Shown here one piece after another: positions 38,994 to 52,104 of a stretch of DNA of 64,000 nucleotides (the stretch's first letter is position 1; each line of letters opens with the position of its first letter). Both the position numbers and the translations under genes were made by a program. This DNA comes from Lepidodermella squamata (taxonomy: Eukaryota; Animalia; Gastrotricha). The stretch lies in contig JBLDXI010000020.1 of assembly GCA_047495785.1 (NCBI GenBank), positions 2,914,001 through 2,978,000 of the forward strand, written 5' to 3'. The notes below the pieces were generated by a model that was not told where the DNA came from, ran no database searches, and saw only the letters and a program-made list of their open reading frames with translations.

Positions 38994-39133
38994 TTTATTT
39001 CGAGAGCCAAAGCGCTTCCCGAAAGTTTAGTCCGTTTTTTTACTTCACCCTTGTGAAACAGACGTACTAATAAGAATCTAATGACGAGCACCGTGTACGC
39101 GTTAGCAGTAATGTCTTACTGGTGATATGATTA

Positions 39134-39229
39134 CCTTAGTTACCGAAATACAAGCCTAGGCGGCACTACAAAGAACATCAAAGTGCCGACAAAGAGATGC
39201 CGCCCAGGCTTCTATTTCGGTAACTACGG
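39134..39229. mobile_element. 96-bp pogo-type mini-MITE
   Basis: TA|CCTTAGTTACCGAAATACAAGCCTAGGCGGCA ... TGCCGCCCAGGCTTCTATTTCGGTAACTACGG|TA. Confidence 0.75.
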
Positions 39230-39838
39230 TATTTTGAAATCACGCGAATATATTAATATAGCTCCTGGCAATCAAATTCGGAAAGCTGCGAAAATGACAC
39301 TTTTATCGCTATCTATTGATTTCTGTCCCATTGGACTTTTAATACTTGAAATACAGTTCACAGTTCTTCAGGGTAAAAGGTATTCGGATTAAAAAGGAAG
39401 TTCAAGCATTCAATTTCATTGTCAGATTTTACATGACAATTAGCACTTTCCAGGCCTCCTGAATATAGCCTTCTGAATGATGCATATATCACAGTTCTAT
39501 TGCCAAACTAAAATCGAAAACAAAATTTTAACTGCCGCATGAAATTATGTTCTATAACATTCAAGCCACCTCAACCGAATTGTTACTTTCGGCCATTGAG
39601 CGGTAGTTCTGGGCGAGAACTGCTTCCCTCGATTCTCGGTTGTAGTTTTTCCCCAATCCCGAACTAATGAGCTATAAAAGTGGTTGAAAGCTTGTCTGAA
39701 TCCGCAAGGCCATATCCTCAATCCGGGATAACCTGCTTTATTAAGCTACACCTTTGTCGATAATCAGCTGAGGATTTACATATAAATTGAGGAAGCCTCC
39801 ACATATTTAAGGGGCCAAAATCTGCGATTCGCCTAAAA

Positions 39839-41250
39839 ATGGCGTCAACGCTAATACGAGAACTGCTTCTCATTTACTTCCTTGCAACTCTCGGGCATGG
39901 CTTCATTCGACTCAGGTTGACGAGAGTTCTAACAGGCCAGGCCCTAATGAATCGGATTCATTCCGATTCGTTGGAGCACGACCTTCGACGATTATTTGGC
40001 AAGAATATTGACCAGCAGAGCAACATGCCCATCCGCTACTACAACGTTAGAGATTTTCGGATCATATTGCTCTATATTCTAAATATATTCTATATTCATA
40101 TCATCATCTAAACAGAAGCAGTATTACGCTGAAATCTCGATTGGAACTCCTCCTCAAAAGTTCAAAATTTCCTTTGACACGGGCTCGGCTTGTTTGTGAG
40201 TTGAAACCTTGTGAAGCGAATTTTACGTAATTTATGTGAGTAAAGCATTGTCCCCTCGATCAAATGTATCAGCGATCGCTGCCTAAATTACACCCGTTAT
40301 GACAGTGCGGCATCCTCAACCTACATCGCAGACGGAAAGCAGGTGGTCGTTGGTTACGGCCCGGTAGAGGGCAACGTCGCTTTTCAAGGCTACGTAAGCA
40401 TCGACGACGTGCAATTCGGGGACATCGCCCTAAAAACAGCTAGATTTATTGAGTTCACAAAAATCCTCGAATTCCCCGATGACTTTGTGACCCCGTATGA
40501 CGGACTATTTGGCATGAACACAGTTAAGAACGATTCGGAGAATTGGGGACCTGGTTTGACAACATTCCCCGCAATGATGCAGCAAAATCTATTGGATGAG
40601 CCTATCGCGACTTTTTACATGAAACGTGAGCCGAATTCCTTAGATGGCGGGGAGGTGATTTTGGGTGGCAGTGACCCAAGCCTCTATGATGGAGAGCTAA
40701 CGACCCTGAAAACGGTCCCTCATCCTGCAGGATGGTGGGTCGTTCAAATGGATGGTGTAACTCTGGGGGATCAGAATTTCTGTCCTTCAGGCTGTAATGT
40801 CGCGGTAGATACCGGGATGCCGAAAATTGCTGGATCTCCAGCTAATATCCAGAAGCTTCACGCTGCTATTGGAGCTCGTGTTATCCGACCAGGAGGGCAT
40901 GAATACGTTATTCCCTGTGAGAAGTAAGATTCATTTTTATTGGGGTATCGTTGCTAATTTTCCAGTTTTCCAGGATACCATCTTTGCCGGACATTACATT
41001 CACATTTTCTAGCCGTCCATTCATTTTAAAGCCGCAGGACTACATCATAAAAACTGACAGCGATGGAGACTTCGCAGCGAGTCTTTGTGTCACAGTATTC
41101 GCGCCGTACCCATCCATTCCGAGACAGGCTGGGTTTGATTGGGTTTTGGGCGACGCTTTCATGGCACGAGTTGTTACTCAGTTTAATTTCGCTAATTTAA
41201 CCATTTCTTTTGGCCAGCAAATGAATAATGCTTTTATTGGCATCGCGTGA
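39839..41250 (+). CDS. A1 aspartic protease (AP3), close paralog of AP2
   Basis: [23 protein letters not shown]; VAVDTGMP; WVLGDAF; 4 exons. Confidence 0.92.
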
Positions 41251-42255
41251 ATAAATGCACGCAGCGCCTGATATGTCCAAAATAAGGCCTAAAGTAAATA
41301 GTCTGGTTAATATAATCTCGTCTAAGCTCTAATCAGCACGCATTGATGTCGCATCCGGACATCTTGCACTTATGATTTGATGCCTAGCGGATCATATTAA
41401 TATCAATAAGACGTTTAATGCTTTTGAAACGAGAGCTGAGCCCTCGGATTCTGCGTAATAAAAATGCCGTCAGTCAGCTGTTTCTATTAATAACTCATCG
41501 AAGATTTAATTACTAAGCGATTAACTGAGGAGGTCATTCCAGCTTAAACTGGCGTCATCGACGTTAATCAAATCATGAGAATATTAAGGGATTTTTCAAT
41601 TAGGCTATAATTAAGACGTTCGAATTCCAGCTTCTCGTCCCGGTAGTTCCTGGTTTGTTTTTCGTCGAAATATATTTCGGGAAGTTCAAAAATGAATCCA
41701 CGACCCACTGATAAAATACATCTTCAAATGCATGTCTTTTCATTTGATAAATCAACGAATTGAAGTTATTACCTTTTTAACATTTTGACTTTTGTATTCC
41801 CCATCCCTTCATATCCCTTCGTATTTCAGATATTTCTGTTTATGACACAGGTGATTGAGAGGGTCAAATTCAACTTCATGGCCTGGCTTTTACCATGAAC
41901 GCGGTAACCAAGTGTACATTATCAAAAGTCAAGGGATACACCAGTGAAACACCAACCCCTTGTATATTGCAACGTGCTATTTGCCGTAGCCGAGTTAGAT
42001 CCTCCGAGGAGGCAACTGCTGTAGCTTTTTAGCCGCATCTCACTCCATATTCGCATTTAGGGGTTTCAGGGACCAGAGATGAGAGAAGAGACGGGAATAA
42101 CAATGGAGGGATGAATAAACGCGAAATTGATGCTTCAACAACCACACCGATGCAGCTAAATCCTTCAGAAGGATAGTATAGGCAGCGAGTCCACCTCCCA
42201 CCTCCCCTCCTGGTCCCCTTACAACCGCGTGAGCGAACACGGAGTGTGTGTTTCG

Positions 42256-42328
42256 GCCATGATGGCTCGAAGGTTATAGCCGTGCCTTCTTGTGCCTTCG
42301 TGGTTCAATCCCCGGGTATGACACTTTT
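42256..42328 (+). ncRNA. tRNA-like (pseudo-tRNA or SINE head) sequence
   Basis: A-box-like TGGCTCGAAGG, B-box-like GGTTCAATCCC, imperfect acceptor stem GCCATG/TATGAC, followed by a T4 run. Confidence 0.3.
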
Positions 42329-42650
42329 GGAGCACTCGTGTAGCGCGTTACAGATAGGGAGGATGGTTTTATCATTCATCAGAAAGACCTATTAAAAAAT
42401 CCCTTTAAGCCATAGAATCTTGTTGACACAGCAATTTCCTACGTTCTAATTATTAATATTGTTCCCTAAGCCATCAACCACAAGCCACAAGATTATTAAC
42501 CTATGATCTGTCAGTAAGATAAGATTGCCTACTTCTCCTTACTTCTTTTGCGTAAATATCGGGATTAAATTTTTTGAGATTGCTCAGTAGGAAAAATTAG
42601 AATTCTCAGACTTGGGAATATTCAAGACGTGCTGCTTACAAAAGCTATAA

Positions 42651-45537
42651 ATGCCAATCTTTCAACATAACAGCAGAGTTCATTCGGAGGGTGTTGATGA
42701 TATTCAGAATGACACTTTATCAAAGTGCTGCCAGAGTGCATTGTCTCTCATAGACGCCAATCCAAAGACCAAACTTGGTAGGTCGCTTCAGCTCTCGCAG
42801 GTTTGTTCAACGAAGAGCATCAAGCGAACATGAATTATTTGCCCCTTCAAATCCAGATATGCATACTCTTGGCAATCGCCATAGCGGCAACTTGCGTGCA
42901 AATTTATACCGACGTCGAACTTTCCCAATCTAGGAATCGTAAATCGGCAAAGATTATCGTAAGTTTCAAATTCTCGGGTTTCTCTCGATCGTGATTTGTA
43001 ACGACTTTTTCAGAGTGTCATGGAGGAAGTTTTCGAAATTTACGACGTCATCAATCTCTTGTCATGTAAGCTATTTTGTATAGGATTCCTATCTTAACTA
43101 TAAACGTCTTATCATTTGTAAAAGCTGAAATGGAACCATCTTACGAGTAAGCAAACTCTCAGTTTCGTAAAAGAATAATAGTTTCACGGCTTTTTCTCTT
43201 CCTAAGGCACGTTAACGCACCGTATGACGTATTCTTGATGAAGGCCCAAAGCGCGATGCAGGAAGTGGACAAAGTAATATTTCAGTTGCAACCTCATTAC
43301 TAAACTTGTGATAATTCAATCTCTTCAACAGAAGTTGGTTTGGGCGACTAATTGGCCGACAGACGTTTCTGCACTGCCAAGCGCTCAAAGAGTGAATGTT
43401 ACATCGGCGTTCACTCTCCGAGCTGCAATCAGAGCAGTTCGAGACAGGAGAAAAATTTCCAACTCTACGACTGAAGCTGACGTTATATCATTCTATTCCG
43501 GAATAATCGACGCGCTGGCTATATTAGCCCGTACAAGCACTTTGAACTCGTTCAGGTTTCCGTTGTGGCAGGAATTTTTCACGGTTTATTACGCCTATCA
43601 AGTGGTTTGTAAATTTTGAAAATCGAATTCTAACATTATTGCCCTTCTTTCTCATCAGCGATTTAATTTTGGTAAATACTCAATGGTTGGCCAGAAGCTA
43701 GCAACTGAGAGTAAGTCTCAATCCGGTCTTACGATAAGGCTAAAAGATATCTTCCACAGATCGCACTGTCAACTTCAAAGATCCTATATATCAATCCTTG
43801 ATTCTATTCTACAATCGCTACCAAGAATTCATTAAGGTTTGCAGTGTAACCTCGGCATCTGGAAATGAGAAGGCGAAAAATTTGACAGAGCAGGAAGCTA
43901 ATCGTAATGTCGAAAGGATGCATCAATTCGTAAACCGTTCCTACCTCATTAAAATCAACGGATCATACTTAATATCAGACTTTTAAAAGGTTTTGGATCG
44001 TGATTTTGTCTCCTTGGACGGCGACGAATGGCGAAATGTGATGGGAGCTCAGGCTGCTAACATTCGGTGGGTTACACACTGGCTGACGCAGCGTATCCGT
44101 AGCAGTGTGGAGGAGTCGGTATATCTTTGGCCTTACGCCGACAAGCTGTGTAAGTGCTGATAAAGCTGAGTTTCATTATACTTCGAGCTTTCGGTTACTT
44201 TCAGCTGTTGGCTTGTTCGCCTCTTCTGCAGTTCTAATTTTACTGTGCGCTATTGCCCACTTAGTTGGGGCTTCAAAATTACAGCGGCAGATATCGGAAT
44301 CCCATTCCAACCTGAATTTGCTGTATGAATCCATGAATCTCATCTACGACTACGTGCCCAAGTCGCAAAGAGAATCAGTTAAACGCGGTATGACGGAGGC
44401 ATCAGTAGTTCGTTTTGCTCCAGGTTTGTGTTGATGCTCTGAAGCTTCTGATGTCCCTAACTCACGCCCTTTTCCCAGACACCTGTGTTATGGTCCTCGA
44501 CATCGTAAACGTCTCCAACCTGATGGAATCTCTCGACCTGGATGCATTTGAAACACTCATTCATGAATACTTCCAAACAGTTAATCTGGAATCCGAAGGA
44601 TATCATGACGACTAATAATGTCTTTCCTTTAGATCGAAACGACCCTGTTGAAGTACAACTGCTTCAAAGTAAATATTATCCAAGTCATAGCGTATATAAA
44701 TATGATATCTATTTTGCTAGGTTATGATAGCTGGTAAGTCTTGAAGAAACAGGCACGAATGATGAAAATCGTATATAATCCTACGCAAAATTGCTTAGGG
44801 GATACTTTATGCCTAGCTGCTGGCGTTGGAGAACACCATGCGACGGTAAAAAATCCTGAAAAAATTTAATATTTTTGATCGCTACTAATTCTTTCGCAGG
44901 ATCATATCTGGGAGGTATTCAGATTTGTACAACACCACTCTAGGTAGCCATAAATCCCTATATGTATAATTAGATGCTGTCACTAGCACTCGAGCTGGAG
45001 GAAACTTTGTCACAACGGGCGGAGGTATTAGATGAGAAATCAATAAATCTCCGAGTTGGACTACATTCAGGTTTTCCATAAATTAAAAAATCAGCAAAAA
45101 AGTTCACTCTTACTATCAAATTAGGTCCCAGTTTCTACCGGATTTTCCAGAGCTTTCGCTTCCCCCAAGTTGGCATTTTTGGACCCATTATGCAAATGGC
45201 CGCTCTGATGCACGCAACCGGCCTCGGTGAGACATTATTTTATTTGTATTATTTTCATCCATGCGATGCTTCCAGGGCGCAAGATTCATGTATCCTCTTC
45301 GATTTTCAATCGATTGAGTGGAACAGATGAATTTATGTTTCACGCGCGCGGAATCACTTCCTTATCCGTAAGTCCTATTTCATGCTTCCCCCATTTCTAA
45401 GCCAGATTAAACTAATTTTTTAAAAGGATGACGAAGCTCGAATCCCGTCTTATTGGGCGACTTGGAGCGACGAAACGGAAAATTACGACGAGACGTCTAG
45501 TGTCACCTCTGTCCTGCGAAGAGCGAAACGCGACTAG
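42651..45537 (+). CDS. NIT-type receptor guanylyl-cyclase-like protein GC1 (TM - extracellular helical domain - TM - class III cyclase domain), about 20 exons
   Basis: ANPKTKLGRSLQ then TM1; WP..DVISFYSGIIDAL; TM2; LIYDYVPK; DTCVMVLDIVN; YNCFK|VMIAG|DT; LRVGLHSG; FPQVGIFG; KIHVS; SYW. Confidence 0.8.
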
Positions 45538-46269
45538 AGGAAAAATGCCCCCGGATAAATCGGATATCGGAATCGGAAACAAAATACATTTTCATTTATC
45601 TGACCAATAATGTAGATGTTTTCCTAAAGTGTGATTTCACATGTGTATATAATATTTAGTCGAAAGGTCAAAGAAAGATTTCATGTTGTATAGATTACGC
45701 TGATCTTGGATGTTGCACTCATGCTGTGTATCCTTTGTCAATAAACAATTTTCACTCCAATTATTATCGTGATTATTTCTAGGACATCAGATACATATCT
45801 GAATGGAGTACCGTACAATAGCTCGGAGAAATATTGTCTTCTATTTTTTTGCGGACATAAGCATAACGAGTTGGATTGGTTGGCACGGGTTCGTGAGAAT
45901 CTTTAATACTCATCCAAGGGCTGAAAACATCATGAAAACATGGGAAGAGAATGAACTCTTTTTTAGTTCTTTCTTCAAATGCTTAATCGATAGATAATTG
46001 TTCAAGACGTCATTGTAATAATACTTAAAATTAAGGAACATCATTTTCTTTGCAATTGAATGTCTAATAACATTCGAAGGATTTTGCGCCTATATCGTGT
46101 ATCGATTTATTACGAAAATTGGCCTATGCTTGTTTTTAATTAATCTATCTACGCAAAGCCGCATAGGCATTGACGCAAAACATTCAGTTAGCTTCGAGTA
46201 ATTACAGCATGGTTTATAGAGGCCGGCTATTTATAAGCAATTTTTCTGATACTTTCCTGATGTCATGGG

Positions 46270-49200
46270 ATGCCGCTTTTTGGAAAATTATTCACCACAA
46301 ACAAACCGAAGTCCAAGGTCGAGAGCCATTTATTCACAGTCGCCAACTATTACATCATCTGCGCAACTCGTTTCGCCTTTACTACAACGAAAAAGATAGA
46401 GACTATGGCGACTCAGTTACAGCAGCAGCGGTTGCCTCCGAAGCATTTGGTTGAGCAACTTAGAGATACTGGAGAAAAGTCGCCGAATTCAGCGGTCACA
46501 ACTTTCCCTGCAACTGGCGGACGGTTAAAACCCGAGATAAAACTCGACTTGAGAATGCCGACCTTTCAAGGTTCAAAGGGAAAATCCGGTGCAGCGAAGA
46601 GAGACCCTATTGGCCGGTTTTTCAAGAAATGTTTTGATTTTGTCGAAGCTAATCCACGAAGCAAGAGAGGTCGAGCAACCCAGCTTTGTCAGGTTAGTTA
46701 ATTTTTGGGATATTTCTCTTTTTATAATCATGGAATGACGTTAGGTTTTCACGTTTGTGTTTATTGCGTGTGCCGGAATCTTCGTCCAAGTTTACACCGA
46801 TTGGGAGCTCGCTGTAGCTCGAGTCGACAGAGCGAAACGCGTCAATGTTAGTTTGAAGAAGACTTCGAAACTCCTCCCTTACATTGTCTGTATTTCAGGC
46901 TTTGAGTAATACGATTTTCGAACTGTATGACGTCATAAATTTGTTGCTATGTAAGTTCATACTAAGACTTGATTCCAGAGTAAATACAAATACATGAATT
47001 CTTTTTTCAGTGGAAATGGAACCATTCTATCAGTAAGAACAGAAGACAGTAAATTTTTGAAATCGTCTATTTCACTTTTTAGACATAATGCGGGGCCTTA
47101 CGATGACTTCCAAATGAACACTCAGAGTGCAATGAAAAACCTAGATACGGTGAGTCGGGTAAGATATTGAAAAAGGGATTCATTTTCCGTATTTTTCAGA
47201 AATTGCTCTATATATCGAGATGGCCCAGCGACCTATCCTCACTTCCGTCTGACAAACGGAAGAACGTGACAGATCCTATTGCTGTAAGAACCGCTGTGAG
47301 AGCTATGCGAGAAACTAGGAAATCTCCAAATGGAACAGCAGGTAATTCCCTCATGAAAACAGTATCGAAAATTAGTTCTTAATTTCCAGAGGCTGAAATC
47401 ATTTCCTTTTACTCGTCAATGGTTGACAGCCTGGCTCAGCTTGCCTTGTCAGAGACCATGCGATCCGACAGATTCCCGCAATGGGACGAATTCTTTTCAA
47501 TTTATTACGCCTTTCAAATGGTAATTTATGTCTCTTCACCTGATAACAAAATTTCATTATGATTAATGCAGCATGTCAACTTCCGAAAATTCACATTGGT
47601 CTTACATAAACTAACCGAAGAAAGTAAGTCGAAGTTGCTGGATGTTTGAAAGTTTCAAATTGTCCTCATTTTTAATTTTTAGACAGAACTATGGAATTCG
47701 AAAATCCGGTGTATCAATCTCTTCTGGGATTCTATGAGCGATACCTAGAATTTTCTAAGATATCCCTCGTTACAAGCATTGCCTCTATGGAGAAAACCAA
47801 CAATCTCACTGATCAGGACACCGCTCGTCAAGTCGACAGAATTCATAAAGAAGTACACATTATTGGCCGTTTTATAGGTTGCGATACAAGAGATATACTT
47901 CAATTAGAATTTAAGACGCAATCAGATTAGAATGTCATTCCGATTAAATTTACATCCTTTTTTCTTTTTTTCCATTATAGATTCTCAATCGGAATTTCGA
48001 TGCGCCAGGTAAAGAGGAATGGCACACAGTCACGTCAGCCCATGACGCCAATATAGTTTGGATAACGTCTTTTCTTCGAGTCCGAATTATCACCAGCATG
48101 GACGAAACTATCGGCCAATTTAAGTCGAACGAAATATTTTGTATGAAACTGGAGCCTATAGCCATATAAAAGTGCTAACATGTTGACGTTATGTTTCAGC
48201 TGTCGTATTACTAGCGATATCATCGATTTTAATTGCCATATCTGCTGCTCTGCATGTGATTAACACTTGGCGATTACAGGACCACATAATCGAGTGTCAT
48301 TCAAACTTGGAAACTTTGGAAGGGGTTTGCTCCGTTTTTGCTCTTGTTTTCGCTTCATATTTCTACTGCTCATTCTTCAGTCACTGAGTCTACTTTACGA
48401 CTACATTCCCAAAGCATTCGTTGGCCTGGTCAAGACAGGCAGGACTTTTCCAATCCGCCACTTCCCTGGTAAGTTGGCGCGTGGTTCATCGAAGGAACAT
48501 GGATGATATACTTTGTGTTAACAGATACTTGCATTATGGTAATCGACATTTCCAACATTTTCTCGTTTATCGATGACATGGAACACAGCGATCAATTTTG
48601 CCTACTGCTTGAAGATTTCTACATTACGGTTGGTTGGCTACTTATTAAGTCTATTGAAGGTATCCATCCCTTACACTTATAGCTCGAAGAGATTTTGGTG
48701 AAGTACAATTGCTTTAAGGTAAGGAGTGGTCCTAAGTAAAATTGTAAAACTAACCCGTGCCTTTCCTCAAAATAGATCAGCCTAACCGGTGATACAATAT
48801 GTCTGGCGTCGGGTGTTGGAGAACATCATGTCATGGTAACAAACGTTAACTACGATTAACTAATATATCATGGCTAATTTTTGCTTTGAACCAGGATCAC
48901 GTGGCGGAGGTAAAGACCTGTCATTCCAAATATATTGGGAATTTTAAGCGGTTGCGTCTTTAGATGTTGCACCTCGCTCTTGAACTAATTGATGCGAGCA
49001 AGGAGAAGGAGGATGTCGATGAAAAGCTACACCTACGCATAGGCATTCATGAGGGTATGCTTTTGAAGTCGATTTATCATAAAGCCATGAAATGAATGTT
49101 TCAAGGCCGATGCTACTCAAAAGTAATGACATCAACATACGTTCCCCAAGTTGGGATTTTCGGAAACCTGGTGAAAACTGCTTCGATAGTACATGCCGCA

Positions 49201-49495
49201 AGCCTGGGTATATATTCCTTGCCCCTAATGTATTTTGATCTGCTGGACCTTTATTTTCGTAGCGATGAAGGTGCTTGTCTCGGCTCCAATCAAGGAGCGA
49301 CTTCGTGATAATTCAGAATTCACATTTTGTAAACGTGGATTGATAAATAACGAAGTAAGCTATGCCATACCCCTTGATTGTTTCCGTTAATTACTTACGC
49401 ATTAATAGGATGAGAAATCAGCGATAATGACTTACTGGGCTGGATGGAGTGCAGAAGATGAAAATGATGAAACCTTTGGAACGGTGGATGAATAA
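46270..49495 (+). CDS. NIT-type receptor guanylyl-cyclase-like protein GC2
   Basis: Exon-by-exon paralog of GC1: DTCIMVIDISN, FK|ISLTGDT, LRIGIHEG, VPQVGIFG, MTYW. The start codon may be 46405. Confidence 0.8.
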
Positions 49496-49696
49496 AAAAT
49501 AATGAATATAATTCGGATCGAGAAGCTATCGATCTTAGAGTATTTTACGATATCATTCATTAGAATCTGCGTGTTTTTTTATGCCACGCGTCTGGCGCGT
49601 GGAACGGAAAGCTTGCTTTACTACAAAAAAAACACATTAAAAATGAGACTTCGTGTTGCTGCGTTCTAGCGTCCAATAAAAGGTTGATCGTTGATC

Positions 49697-50977
49697 ATGA
49701 TCACATCCATCGCTAGCATTCATAACAACAGCGCGGTTAATGTGGATTTCGAGGTTCGGCAGTTTTATTTGTGTGAATTATGCGGCAAGGAAACGCGAAC
49801 AGTTGGCGGTTTGAGAAGCCACCGCAATTTCATTCATGGAATCGTAGACGACCGAGCAGATTTGGAGCCATCCAAGGTCGTTCAGCTTGTGGTAAGATCT
49901 TAGTTCCCAGTTGCTTTTCAAGTTCTATTCTTCTTCCAGCCTTTGACCCCGCTGGAAACAGATGTAGCTTCAGCTTTTTCAAGCCCATCAGCAGTAACAA
50001 ACGAATCCCAGACCACCTATGGAACAGCTGATGATGCCTTACCTTCCGAAAATTCACCAACTCCTCAGATCGCCGATCCTTCACCTCGCATGCCTGAGCC
50101 AGAGATCTCGGCATCCCATACCTCGTCAAAGCTAGTTGAATTTTTGAATGCCAAAATTGCTAGTATGATTCGCAAAGTTTCTGGAAAACTTCAGATATAC
50201 GCAAAAGCCTTCTACAGCGTAAGCAAGGTAACTCAAATTGTTCAACTAAAATTCACATACAGGTCGGTCTCTATTTTGAAGGATGACCCGCTAGCCTCGA
50301 TATATCAATCAATTTTCCTTCTTGAGAAATCTGGCGATAAAGAGCTGATCATTTTCGCCCTGTTCGCCGAAAAGCAGCGAACGAAACCTGGCCGGGTATT
50401 TCTTTCTCACTATGGCGCTCCGAATTTCGTGAAACGGCTCAGTGACAAACACTCGACGTTTTACTCTGAGTTGTTCGCCCGTCTTGTTCTGGCCTACCTC
50501 AAATATCTGCAGCTAACTGGGCAGTACGATCATCTCTACGTTTCAACTCATCCGTTACTCAACGAGCCAACTGAGGGCAGTAAAGCTACAATCACTGGTG
50601 GATTGTTCGACTCCAATGACCCACTCAAGTTGTCGCCAGCTTGGCTACAGTCGATATTCAACGACGCGAAGCGGGTGATGATTTTTCACCCTGGTTGCGT
50701 AACCTTATTTTCCAAGCCTTATTACGTTTCTCAATTCTACATTAATGGTCAGCAAGGTGAGAGCGAAGAATCACCGGAGATGAATGCGCCTATCCATCTT
50801 TGTCGGCCAAAGTGTTTCGTTCAGTTCCGTGAAAGTCTTCAGCTCTCCTTCGAAACGGCAAAACAAGCATGCGTGGCAACCAAATTGATTTTCGACCCTG
50901 CTTCAGTGGCGTGGGCTAATAGCTTGTATCGGAAAAGAAAAATAAATGTAACTTCGGACTCATCTCGAAATGAATAA
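49697..50977 (+). CDS. C2H2 zinc finger + divergent p300/CBP (KAT11) HAT-like domain (ZK-A), 3 exons
   Basis: CELCGKETRTVGGLRSHRNFIH; SKLVEFLNAKI; SIFLLEKSGDKELIIFALFAE; RVFLSHY; LVLAYLKYL; AWL; LSFET..ATKLIF; C-terminal RKRK. Confidence 0.75.
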
Positions 50978-52104
50978 AGCTTATTTATTGGTTGAAATGA
51001 CTTTTAATGAGACTTGCAAAGGTGTTGCAATCAGTTGCAATTATATGAAGGGTTTCGTGTGCAGGGATTTGTGTGCAGCAGATGGAGAAAGCTCGATGAA
51101 AAATCAGTCAAATTACAATCGAAACCTATTTCGGCATTGTTTTATGCCGGACTTTTAGCCTTGTTTAGGAAATAAAACATAATTTGGGATTTTACACATT
51201 ATAGCTGTCAAGTCACTTTCGGGTCAGAAATTCACACATTTTCATATCGTTAACAGAAATACTTTGCCAGTTCAGAGATTATTGGCATATTAAAAATGTA
51301 TTCAATAAAACATTGTGGTGGCTCTCAGTCAGGTGTTTGCATTTTTTGCTAAATTCTCTATGATTGACCTGAACCAGACTCTGACCCCTAACTCTCTGTC
51401 CGTGGTAGGCCCCCAGTCCGAGTTGAATCGTAAAAAACAACACGTGATGTCCACACTTTTGGATCGATTAAGCAAGAATGCTCCGGATTGGACAACTTTC
51501 AAATCAGTTAAAGTGCACTTTTTTGACTTGCCACAAGTAACTTACCGAATGGAGTGACGAGTGACTGAAGAGTCCATGCCTCATGAGTTGAGGTAATGTT
51601 TCGTAACACAAAACAAGTCTGGCAAGTTTTGGTGATCAGATGATGTGTGCACTGGCCGTTAAAAAAATTTTAATGCCTAACGCCTTCACTCTTTCATCCC
51701 AATTCCTAAAATAGGATCCATGGCATCAATCTTAGAGGCAACTTGGGCTGAAATTGGCCAGTAATTTGCTATAAGATTTAGCATGGAGCATGGCTGCCCT
51801 ATAAAAACTCTGACATTTATTTTCTCCAAATTATTTGTCACAGATTCTGCCACGTATTTGAATCGCGTGCCGCCGGCTTCAGATGACGCGTGCTAGCGTG
51901 ACAAATAAATTTACGCTACGAACATGTGGAAGACTACAATCATGGTATTCAATAACAAATAAACATCGATCACAAACAAGGATTATTTTTAACTGCTATA
52001 TTATCACTTCATAGCCTTTATAGTTTTCATCATTTTCGCTTTTATTATTATTATTATTATCCTATCATTATTATTGTTATTGCGATAGGTTTATTCGTGT
52101 AAAA

